Source: Gammaproteobacteria bacterium (GTDB lineage Bacteria > Pseudomonadota > Gammaproteobacteria > Pseudomonadales > Litorivicinaceae). From it: a stretch of DNA of 45,459 nucleotides. The notes under the pieces were generated by a model. It did not search any database. It was not told where the DNA came from and saw only the letters and a program-made list of their open reading frames with translations. Where the stretch lies: NCBI GenBank assembly GCA_010024125.1, contig RGHP01000001.1, positions 1 through 45,459 on the forward strand, given 5' to 3'. A program made the position numbers and the translations under genes. Each line of letters begins with the position of its first letter. Position 1 is the first letter of the stretch. This document shows, piece by piece, positions 17,476 through 25,733 of the stretch.

Positions 17476-18662
17476 CATTACCTATTGCATCAACAGCTCT
17501 GAAAGGAATTCGAGTCATCGATCTGTCACGCGTTCGTTCTGGTCCAACTGCTGTTAGACAATTTGCTGATTGGGGAGCCGACGTTATCAAAATTGAGCCA
17601 CCAGAGTCTGTGGAACCAGACGGAACTCTTGGGGCCGGGCGTAACACTGCAGACTTTCAGAATCTGCAAAGGAACAAGCGAAGCATGACTCTGAATTTAA
17701 AATCCGAAGACGGAATTCGGATTTTAAAAGATCTAGTCAAGACAGCTGACGTAGTTATCGAAAACTTCCGTCCAGATGTAAAAGATCGTCTCGGACTCGA
17801 TTACGAAAGTTTAAAAAAAATTAACCCTCGAATCATTCTTGGTAGTATCTCCGGTTTCGGCCAAGATGGCCCGTACGCGAAACGACCAGGATTTGATCAA
17901 ATCGCTCAAGGCATGGGTGGTTTGATGTCGATTACTGGAGAACCAGGTGAGGGACCAATGCGAGTTGGTATTCCGATCGCTGATTTATGTGCAGGCCTCT
18001 TTTGCGCGATGGGGGTGCTTACCGCACTACTCGAGCGTACTCACTCTGGAGAGGGGCAATGGGTGCAAACCAGCCTGCTGCAGTCACAGATATTTATGTT
18101 GGATTTCCAGGCTGCTCGATGGCTGACGCAAGGTGAAATTCCTAAGCAAGCTGGAAATGATCACCCTACAAGCATTCCAACCGGTGTATTCCCGACAACC
18201 AATGGTTCGATCAATATAGCCTGTGCAGGAGAAGCAATATGGCAACGGTGCGCAAAAGCACTGGGCCATGCTGAATGGATCGATGATACTCGTTTCTTGC
18301 GAAATGCTGACCGCTCAAATAATCGAAAAATTCTCAACGCTCTGATATCAGAAGTCACAGAAACGAATACATCCGAGTATTGGGTGGAGACTCTGCTTGA
18401 GGCCGGCGTACCGACCGGGCCTATCTACTCAGTAGACCAAGTTTTTTCAGATCCCCAAGTGGAACATTTGGGTATTGCTACCGAAGCACTCGGAACGATC
18501 CCATTTGGTGACACACAACTGGTGGGGCAGCCGTTTTCAATGAATCGAACTCCAAGTTCGATCGTCTCCCCACCCCCTAGTCGAGGTCAACATACTGCAG
18601 AGATATTGGCTGAACTAGGAATCAGTGACGCAGAGTCCCTGAAACAAAACAATGTGATTTAA
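17472..18662 (+). CDS. Class III (CaiB/BaiF) CoA-transferase
   Basis: LKGIRVIDL, GADVIKIE, RNKRS, ADVVIENFRP, SGFGQDGPY, catalytic Asp in PIADL. ATGA-coupled start at 17472. Confidence 0.92.
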   Translation: MTLPIASTALKGIRVIDLSRVRSGPTAVRQFADWGADVIKIEPPESVEPDGTLGAGRNTADFQNLQRNKRSMTLNLKSEDGIRILKDLVKTADVVIENFRPDVKDRLGLDYESLKKINPRIILGSISGFGQDGPYAKRPGFDQIAQGMGGLMSITGEPGEGPMRVGIPIADLCAGLFCAMGVLTALLERTHSGEGQWVQTSLLQSQIFMLDFQAARWLTQGEIPKQAGNDHPTSIPTGVFPTTNGSINIACAGEAIWQRCAKALGHAEWIDDTRFLRNADRSNNRKILNALISEVTETNTSEYWVETLLEAGVPTGPIYSVDQVFSDPQVEHLGIATEALGTIPFGDTQLVGQPFSMNRTPSSIVSPPPSRGQHTAEILAELGISDAESLKQNNVI

Positions 18663-18676
18663 AGGTGTAAAACATC

Positions 18677-19459
18677 ATGGACAAAATGCTTTCAAAAATT
18701 GAGGGCTCTATTGGATACCTTATTTTTAATAACCCTGAAAAACACAATGCTGTGTCGCTTGAAATGTGGGATGCAACAGACGCGATTTTAGACGAGTTTG
18801 AATCGAATCCCGATGTACGCGTTGTCGTATTAACAGGTGCTGGCGGCAAATCATTTGTGAGCGGCGCAGATATTTCCAAATTTGAAAAAGAACGCGGTTC
18901 GGCCGAGGCGACGAAACACTATAATGCGCGCATTCGGGCCATCTATGAACGCATCGATCATTTTCCTAAACCAACAATCGCACAGGTTGATGGATACTGC
19001 ATCGGAGGTGGGCTCAACCTCGCTGTATGTTGTGATATCCGTATTTGTTCTACTAAATCGAAGTTTGCAATGCCAGCTGCTAAGTTGGCTCTGGGTTATC
19101 CGTTCCCGGCCATTCAGCGGTTAATCAATGCGATTGGCGCTTCAAATGCGAAATATTTGATGTTTACCGCGGAACGAATTGATGCTGACACCGCTTATCG
19201 GATGGGGTTCGTTCAATCTGTTCATGATGAGTCTTCGCTCGAACAAGAAGTTGCTGCGCTCGCCAATCAAATTGGTTCAAATGCACCACTGACAGTTAAA
19301 GCGATGAAATTCATAGCAACACAAGTGTTAACTGATCCAGATAACAGAGATCTCGGGCAATGTGACGCTCTCGTTGATGCCTGCTTCAACAGCGAAGACT
19401 ATAAAGAGGGGCGCACCGCGTTCATGGAAAAACGGGCTCCGCAGTTCAAAGGCTGTTAA
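18677..19459 (+). CDS. Enoyl-CoA hydratase / crotonase-family protein
   Basis: NNPEKHNA, FVSGADIS, KPTIAQVDGYCIGGG, SEDYKEG..AFMEKR.P.FKG. Confidence 0.9.
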   Translation: MDKMLSKIEGSIGYLIFNNPEKHNAVSLEMWDATDAILDEFESNPDVRVVVLTGAGGKSFVSGADISKFEKERGSAEATKHYNARIRAIYERIDHFPKPTIAQVDGYCIGGGLNLAVCCDIRICSTKSKFAMPAAKLALGYPFPAIQRLINAIGASNAKYLMFTAERIDADTAYRMGFVQSVHDESSLEQEVAALANQIGSNAPLTVKAMKFIATQVLTDPDNRDLGQCDALVDACFNSEDYKEGRTAFMEKRAPQFKGC

Positions 19460-19465
19460 TCGAAC

Positions 19466-20167
19466 TTAGGACGCAATCTGGTCATTAACTGACTGCAATT
19501 CAATCGCTGTCATTAGCCGTTGTTTCGCAGTCATGACATGACTTCTCATCGCTAATCCTGCTTTGACTGGATCGCGATGTGCGATGGCCTCCAATATCAA
19601 CGCATGTTCTGCGTTAGACACATCCATTGATCCTTGCTGAATCAAACCTTTGCGTCGAAATAAATGCAATTCCTTAACAAGCGCAAGATACAGCTGAGTT
19701 AGACGTTCACTGCCAGTCATCGCCAATAGCTTTTCATGAAACGCTAAATTCTCTGGGTAGTAGGCCTCAAAGTCGTCAGCACGAACAGCCTTATCTAAGC
19801 GCGCATGGATATCCCATAGTTCTTGAATCTGCTGCTCAGTCCCGTGAGTTGCAGCGAGCTGTCCAATTAATTGATCGAGGAATGCGCGAATGTCATAAAC
19901 CTCCAGCGCTTCGCGCACATCCATCTTACGAACGAACACGCCTCTATTGGGCACTGCTGTGAGCAGACCAGCCTGCACAAGTCCCTTGCATGCCTCTCGA
20001 ATTGGTCCTCGACTCGTACCGAACATTTCAGCCAACTCGACTTCGTTCAGCTTATCGCCACCTTGAAGTTTGCCCTGGAGAACAAGATCCTCAATTTTCT
20101 TCTGGACAGCCGTTGAGAGGCCTGTAGTGAGAAAATCAGACATGGTGCTCGAAATCCCTTCGTCCAT
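19466..20167 (-). CDS. GntR-family transcriptional regulator (FadR subfamily, FCD domain)
   Basis: HTH LNEVELAEMFGTSRGPIREA..PNRGVFV and FCD residues N..FH...EH..I..AI...H. Confidence 0.92.
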   Translation of the reverse strand: MDEGISSTMSDFLTTGLSTAVQKKIEDLVLQGKLQGGDKLNEVELAEMFGTSRGPIREACKGLVQAGLLTAVPNRGVFVRKMDVREALEVYDIRAFLDQLIGQLAATHGTEQQIQELWDIHARLDKAVRADDFEAYYPENLAFHEKLLAMTGSERLTQLYLALVKELHLFRRKGLIQQGSMDVSNAEHALILEAIAHRDPVKAGLAMRSHVMTAKQRLMTAIELQSVNDQIAS

Positions 20168-20175
20168 ACATCAAT

Positions 20176-20193
20176 TAAATTGTTAACAATTTA
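20176..20193. promoter_or_regulatory. Perfect 18-bp palindrome TAAATTGTTAACAATTTA; putative autoregulatory GntR operator
   Basis: Lies 8 bp upstream of the gntR ATG and shares the core found at 2021, 6258, 6355, 12144 and 12219. Confidence 0.75.
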
Positions 20194-20347
20194 CCACAGA
20201 CCGCTATATTCGCGACATAAATGGCCAGAAAAGCACGCGTATACCTCCTCAGAAATCGCTTCCAAAAAATATTTTTCCGCCCCTATTGCTTTTCCTAAAA
20301 AAAGATCGAAAATGCGCGCACTTAAACAAAACCACTTGGAACTTTTT

Positions 20348-20420
20348 ATGCGTTTGTGACCCGGCGTCTGAGTTTGTCTAGACGTGTCTGAGCGACGAAG
20401 ACAAATTTGGAGACGATCCG
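20348..20420 (+). promoter_or_regulatory. Candidate translational control element: mini-uORF (MRL*) plus an SD-sequestering hairpin upstream of the decarboxylase
   Basis: ATG CGT TTG TGA at 20348-20359. Bases 20365-20379 pair with 20399-20415, covering GGAG (20409-20412). Confidence 0.4.
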
Positions 20421-21580
20421 TGTTGACAACCATTCGACCACGATCAGAGGGTGACCTCTGGCTGGCGCAGGCTGGTGGTATCTCGCCTGCACTTCTATTT
20501 AACCCGAACCGAGTTCGTGAAACTTGGCGAGCGTTACAACGCGCACTGCCACAGGTCACACTGTATTACGCAGTGAAATCAAATCCGTATCACTCGCTAC
20601 TCGCGACCCTTGTCGATGAAGGCGCGGCATTTGATGTGGCATCTGCACCAGAAATCCAAGCATTGTTGCCTTTTGGTGTTCCTACAAATCGGATGATTCA
20701 CACTCACCCGATTAAAACCGAACATGACTTGGCGACATCCGTTCAGCTTGGTGTGACTTCCTTTGTGGTCGATAACCTCGACGAACTCTGGAAGGTTGCA
20801 CCTTATCGCCATGACATCACCATCATGTTACGCCTTGCCTTCGTTGCACCGGATGCTCCGATTGATTTATCACGCAAGTTCGGTGCGCAACCAGAAGATG
20901 CTCTACATATCATGTCAGTGGCAAAGCAAATGGGTATTACCGTTGATGGCTTATGCTTCCACGTTGGGTCTCAGGCTCAAAGTGCCGAAACCCATCGAAT
21001 TGCATTGCTCAAATGTATCGAAATCGCTCGCGATGCGAAGAACCAGGGAATTGCTGATATCGAACGCATCGATATTGGTGGCGGGTTTCCGGCGAATTAC
21101 TCAAATCGACCTGTTGATTTTGATACATTCTGTGCCCCAATCCGCGAAGCAATCGCTGAGGTTCCTGATCATATCCGCCTGATGGCAGAGCCTGGTCGCG
21201 CTATTTCTGCGCCGAGCATGACGCTTGTATCTCGAGTCATCGGACGCTCAAAGCGACAAGATGACACCTGGTGGTACTACCTCGATGACGGCGTCTATGG
21301 TGCTCAATCAGGACGGATTTTCGATCACATCAATTACCCGATGACAGTGTTCACAGAAGGCGGCGAATTGACACCAGCTGTTTTTGCAGGACCGACATGT
21401 GACAGCGTTGATCGATTTGGAGATCAAGAAAGTTTGCCTGAACTTTCTTTGGGTGATGTGATCGTCATCCACGAAATTGGCGCATACAGCATCGCTACGG
21501 CGTGTCACTTCAATGGAGTTGCTCCACCGGTCATTATCGACCTTGAAGACACATCAGAAGTTCAGCGTCGTCAAGCGTAG
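20420..21580 (+). CDS. Fold-type III PLP-dependent ornithine (or lysine/ornithine) decarboxylase
   Basis: YYAVKSNP (PLP Lys), FDVAS, KFGA, FHVGSQ, DIGGGFP, EPGR, GPTCDS.D, GAYS..FNG. Start taken as GTG 20420 after GGAG. Confidence 0.9.
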   Translation: MLTTIRPRSEGDLWLAQAGGISPALLFNPNRVRETWRALQRALPQVTLYYAVKSNPYHSLLATLVDEGAAFDVASAPEIQALLPFGVPTNRMIHTHPIKTEHDLATSVQLGVTSFVVDNLDELWKVAPYRHDITIMLRLAFVAPDAPIDLSRKFGAQPEDALHIMSVAKQMGITVDGLCFHVGSQAQSAETHRIALLKCIEIARDAKNQGIADIERIDIGGGFPANYSNRPVDFDTFCAPIREAIAEVPDHIRLMAEPGRAISAPSMTLVSRVIGRSKRQDDTWWYYLDDGVYGAQSGRIFDHINYPMTVFTEGGELTPAVFAGPTCDSVDRFGDQESLPELSLGDVIVIHEIGAYSIATACHFNGVAPPVIIDLEDTSEVQRRQA

Positions 21581-21584
21581 AACT

Positions 21585-22394
21585 CTATGCAGAGCGCCGG
21601 TGAGTCGACCGGCGCATTTGCCAAAAGCCAAATACACCGCCTAATCCCACAATTAAAATCATCAATGTTGCTAAGGCATTGATATCTGGACTGATACCAA
21701 GCCGTACTTTCGAGAACACGACCATTGGTAAGGTCGATGATCCTGGACCAGAGACAAAACTGGCAATGACCAAATCATCGAGCGATAGCGTGAAAGCCAA
21801 AAGCCAGGAAGCAACCAGTGCAGGAGCAATTGTCGGCAACGTCACAGTTAAAAAAACCGTTGTTGGTCGTGCACCCAAATCCATCGCAGCCTCTTCAAGT
21901 GTCCGATCCATATCACGAAGCCGTGCCTGAACAATCACAGCAACAAATGCCATACCAAAAGTCGCATGCGCGAGCACGATCGTTGTCACCCCCCGACCCG
22001 AGGGCCAGCCAATCCAATTGTCCAGCGCAACGAATAAAAGTAAGAGTGACAGCCCAGTAATCACTTCCGGCATGACCAGAGGTGCCGCAACCATTCCAGC
22101 AAGCCAAGTTCGCCCACGAAACCAACGAAATCGTACAAGCGTCATTGCAGCTGCGACACCTAAAACAAGTGCAATCGTCGCGCTCGATGCAGCAATCTGG
22201 AGACTCAATTTCGCAGCATCCAAAATCTGCGGATCTTGAAATAACTCAACATACCAACGTGTGGAAAATCCGCCCCACACTGTCACCAACTTGGACTCAT
22301 TAAAGCTATAGATCACGAGGATCAGAATGGGCGCATATAAAAACCCAAATCCGAGAGATGCCATGACCGGGAAAACATACCGAGAGAGCCTCAT
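21585..22394 (-). CDS. potI: Putrescine ABC transporter permease
   Basis: FLYAPI..YSFN, PLVMPEVITG, EEAAMDLGA, FTLSLDD, SPDINALAT. Confidence 0.92.
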   Translation of the reverse strand: MRLSRYVFPVMASLGFGFLYAPILILVIYSFNESKLVTVWGGFSTRWYVELFQDPQILDAAKLSLQIAASSATIALVLGVAAAMTLVRFRWFRGRTWLAGMVAAPLVMPEVITGLSLLLLFVALDNWIGWPSGRGVTTIVLAHATFGMAFVAVIVQARLRDMDRTLEEAAMDLGARPTTVFLTVTLPTIAPALVASWLLAFTLSLDDLVIASFVSGPGSSTLPMVVFSKVRLGISPDINALATLMILIVGLGGVFGFWQMRRSTHRRSA

Positions 22395-23293
22395 GAAGTC
22401 GCCTCTTCAGTCTTTGAGTTTATTCGGTTCAACCACATCAGCGGTCCAACAATGACAAACAGCATGATGATCGCTACCGCAGAAGCAATCGGCCAATCGC
22501 GGTTAGCGAAGAATTCATTCCACAGCACCTTACCGATCATCAGTGTGTCATTACCACCTAACAGTGCGGGAATAACAAACTCACCAATCGCTGGAACAAA
22601 CACCAATAAAGATCCCGCAATCACACCCGGAATCGTCAACGGAAGCGTCACTGTAACGAAACTGATCCAGGGAGTTGCTCCCAAATCTTCAGAGGCCTCA
22701 AGCAAGGTCCTATCAAGTTTTGAAAGTGATGCGTACAGAGGTAAAACCATGAAAGGCAGGTAGGTATAAGCAATACCAATGTAAACGGCCAAATCAGTTT
22801 GAAGAAACACCAAAGGCTCCGAAATCAAACCAAGTGACATCAGCAGCCCATTGAGCAATCCGTTGGTTTTTAAGATCGCAATCCAGGCATAGACACGAAG
22901 CAAAAACGAGGTCCAAAACGGCAAAATCACCAACAAGAGCAGTAAGGTTCTACGCGGCTCTCTCGCCGTCGCAATCATATAGGCCATCGGATACCCAATG
23001 AGTAACGTGATAACTGTTGAAACAAAGGCAATCCTGACTGACTCCAAATAGGCTGCCCCATATAACGGATCATCAATGAGGAACAGATAATTCCCGAAAT
23101 CAAGTCGAATCTCGAGAGCGCTTTCAACCCAATCGAAAAGAGGTAAATACGGTGGCATCGCAATCGTCGCTTGTGACAGCGAGATTTTTAAAACCACTAA
23201 AAACGGTATGAGGAAAAAAACACCAAGCCACAAGGTTGGAACCCAAGAGACCCAATCGCGTTGCAAAGATTTCAATTTCGCGACGAGACGCAT
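22391..23293 (-). CDS. potH: Putrescine ABC transporter permease
   Basis: LPFWTSFLLRVYAW, YLPFMVLPLY, EASEDLGA, GEFVIP, RDWP. ATG 23293 overlaps the potG stop (TAATG). Confidence 0.92.
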   Translation of the reverse strand: MRLVAKLKSLQRDWVSWVPTLWLGVFFLIPFLVVLKISLSQATIAMPPYLPLFDWVESALEIRLDFGNYLFLIDDPLYGAAYLESVRIAFVSTVITLLIGYPMAYMIATAREPRRTLLLLLVILPFWTSFLLRVYAWIAILKTNGLLNGLLMSLGLISEPLVFLQTDLAVYIGIAYTYLPFMVLPLYASLSKLDRTLLEASEDLGATPWISFVTVTLPLTIPGVIAGSLLVFVPAIGEFVIPALLGGNDTLMIGKVLWNEFFANRDWPIASAVAIIMLFVIVGPLMWLNRINSKTEEATS

Positions 23294-24423
23294 TACTGAC
23301 TCAATACCACGCCAGCCGAGCCATCCCAGGTGATCCAAACTTCTTCACCCCAAGCTTCGGCAAAATCGTCCATTCGACTGATATTCGGGCGACTGATTCG
23401 GACACGGAATCCGTTCGCTAAATCAATCCAATAGACCGAAAAATCACCAAGGTAAGCGATTTCATGAACCACGCCTTTTAAAGCATTCACTGCTGTTGAA
23501 GGATCTCGAGTCAAACGCATTTTCTCTGGCCGAATGGCGTACCAGAGCGTCTGATTCACAGCACCAACCACTGGATCATCTAGTTCAATCGTGGTCTCAA
23601 GCTGAGGCGCTGATAGCACCAGATTCCCTGCATCATTTTCAGTGACCACACATTCGAACAAATTGATGTCACCGATAAAATCTGCAACATACGTTGAGTT
23701 TGGATACTCATAAATAGTATGTGGTTCGTCAGTTTGGACCAGGTACCCCTCGTCCATGACACCGATCCGTGTCGCAAGAGTCATGGCCTCTTCTTGATCA
23801 TGCGTCACGACGATAAAGGTCATACCCAAGGATTCTTGGATCTTTATCAACTCAAGTTGCGTATCTTCACGGAGATTTTTATCCAGCGCCCCCAGTGGTT
23901 CATCGAGGAGCAACACTTTAGGGCGCTTTGCCAGCGCGCGCGCAAGTGCCACACGCTGCCGCTGCCCGCCTGACAGTTGATCTGGCTTTCGCTTGGCATA
24001 GGCTGACAATCGGACAAGCTCGAGTAGTTCAGCCACTCGCTCTGCGATCTGCGCTTTAGGAAGCCCATCTCGCTTCAGCCCATAAGCCACGTTATCGAAC
24101 ACAGTCATGTGCGGAAATAGCGCATACGACTGAAACATCATATTCACTGGTCGCTCATATGCTGGAACCTGAGTGATATCAACACCATCAATCCAAACCG
24201 AACCCTCTGTCGGGGAATCAAAGCCAGCTAACATCCTTAGCAAGGTTGTCTTTCCAGATCCAGAACCACCAAGTAAGCAGAAGAGCTCATTCTGGTATAT
24301 TGACAAATTCACATCACGGACCGCCGGGATACCATCGAATAGCTTCGTCACATCACGAAACTCAATAAATGGTTTTGCTTCTGGATCAAGCCAGTTTTTT
24401 ACAAGCAACGGACTGGAAGACAT
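23293..24423 (-). CDS. potG: Putrescine ABC transporter ATP-binding protein
   Basis: Walker A GGSGSGKT, FQSYALFPHMTV, LSGGQRQR, LLLDEP, VTHDQEEA. Confidence 0.93.
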   Translation of the reverse strand: MSSSPLLVKNWLDPEAKPFIEFRDVTKLFDGIPAVRDVNLSIYQNELFCLLGGSGSGKTTLLRMLAGFDSPTEGSVWIDGVDITQVPAYERPVNMMFQSYALFPHMTVFDNVAYGLKRDGLPKAQIAERVAELLELVRLSAYAKRKPDQLSGGQRQRVALARALAKRPKVLLLDEPLGALDKNLREDTQLELIKIQESLGMTFIVVTHDQEEAMTLATRIGVMDEGYLVQTDEPHTIYEYPNSTYVADFIGDINLFECVVTENDAGNLVLSAPQLETTIELDDPVVGAVNQTLWYAIRPEKMRLTRDPSTAVNALKGVVHEIAYLGDFSVYWIDLANGFRVRISRPNISRMDDFAEAWGEEVWITWDGSAGVVLSQ

Positions 24424-24442
24424 CAAGCTCCCCTTAAAGAGA

Positions 24443-24464
24443 TCGGCCGGCAGAGGCCGGCCGA
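24443..24464 (-). other. GC-rich intercistronic hairpin between potF and potG (likely stabilises potF mRNA or attenuates read-through)
   Basis: TCGGCCGGC-AGAG-GCCGGCCGA forms a perfect 9-bp stem with no long U-tract. Confidence 0.65.
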
Positions 24465-24473
24465 ATTACAGAC

Positions 24474-25550
24474 TTATTGACCTGTTTTAATTCGCGTCCA
24501 GGTCCGATTCATAATGCGATCATAACGCGGACTGAATGCTTTCAGCGCGAACAACCCTGCCTTGACATCATCTCCCGGATAGATACCTGGATCGGATGTC
24601 ACCTCAGGATTGACCAACTCTGTCGATGCGGCATTTGCGTTCGCGTAAAACACGTAATTCGTTATGTCAGCAGAGATTTGTGCATCCATAATGAAGTTAA
24701 TGAATTGGTGTGCCTCTTCAGCATTTGGCGCGTCCGCAGGAATCGCCATCAAATCAAACCAAACAACACCACCCTCCTCTGGGATGACGTACTCGATTTC
24801 GATACCATTCTTAGCATCGGCTGCGCGATCACGCGATTGCAAAAGATCACCTGAATAGCCAACAGCTAGACAGATATCACCGTTCGCCAAATCGTTGATG
24901 TACTGAGATGGGTGAAAATAACGAATATGCTTTCGAACACCCATCAACAGTTCTTCCGCTTGCTTCAAGTCATCAGAAGACTCACTTGCAGGATCAAGAC
25001 CTAAATAATGTTTAGCGGACGCAATGATGTCGGTTGGTGACTCCAGAATCGCGACCCCACAATCGGCAAATTTGGAGACTACATCTGGATCAAAAATCAT
25101 TGCCCAACTCGAAACTGGAGCATCGGGCATCCGCTCTTGAATCGCTTTGGTGTTGTATGCGAAACCCGTAGTTCCCCACATATATACAACTGAATGCGCG
25201 TTACTCGGATCATGTTGTTCAACGATGCGCATAATGTCCGGATCCATATTCGCGAGATTTGGAAGTTTGGACTTATCCAACTGACGGAAAACACCGGCTT
25301 GAATCTGGCGTTCTAAGAAATTACCTGTTGGAACAACGACGTCATATCCCGAAGAGCCAGCTAGCAGCTTCGCCTCAAGCAATTCATTTGTATCAAATAC
25401 GTCGTAGTTAACTTTGATACCGGTCTCTGCTTCGAACTTCGCTATTGTGTCCTCAGCGATGTAGTCCGACCAGTTGTAAACATTGACCACGCCTTGGGCA
25501 GAGGCAGAGCCTGCAACAACCGAAAGCAATAACACTAGAAAACGATTCAT
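24474..25550 (-). CDS. potF: Putrescine ABC transporter periplasmic binding protein (PotF/SpuD type)
   Basis: Signal peptide, VYNWSDYI, FEAETGIKV.YD, YMWGTTG, GYSGD, WTRIKTGQ. Start is 25550 or 25559. Confidence 0.92.
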   Translation of the reverse strand: MNRFLVLLLSVVAGSASAQGVVNVYNWSDYIAEDTIAKFEAETGIKVNYDVFDTNELLEAKLLAGSSGYDVVVPTGNFLERQIQAGVFRQLDKSKLPNLANMDPDIMRIVEQHDPSNAHSVVYMWGTTGFAYNTKAIQERMPDAPVSSWAMIFDPDVVSKFADCGVAILESPTDIIASAKHYLGLDPASESSDDLKQAEELLMGVRKHIRYFHPSQYINDLANGDICLAVGYSGDLLQSRDRAADAKNGIEIEYVIPEEGGVVWFDLMAIPADAPNAEEAHQFINFIMDAQISADITNYVFYANANAASTELVNPEVTSDPGIYPGDDVKAGLFALKAFSPRYDRIMNRTWTRIKTGQ

Positions 25551-25579
25551 GATGCACATGTCCTCGTCAGATCAATCCA

Positions 25580-25733
25580 CTCAGAAACTCTGAGACCATC
25601 CTAGACTGAGGTTGCGATCTGTCCAAGAACAACAAGTGTACACGGAGGGCAATCGCCACAGATCCTCAACTTTGCGCCTAAGAACCCATTGCGTTCGGTG
25701 GTCATTGACGCCGCTCACGCTCGGAAGCGCAAA
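25580..25733 (-). ncRNA. Candidate structured RNA (potF 5' leader or independent sRNA)
   Basis: Three consecutive stem-loops (25671-25733, 25611-25670, 25580-25594) downstream of a sigma70-like promoter. Not matched to any family I recognise. Confidence 0.4.

Noticed and set aside
20312-20359. 15-aa leader peptide MRALKQNHLELFMRL
   Set aside because: Its ATG falls in the probable -10 element (GAAAAT, 20308-20313) and has no SD. Only the internal MRL* mini-ORF is kept as a candidate.
20420-20429. GTGTTGACAA as another GntR box at the decarboxylase start
   Set aside because: It coincides with the first codons of a gene outside the island, so chance is plausible. Not counted in the regulon.
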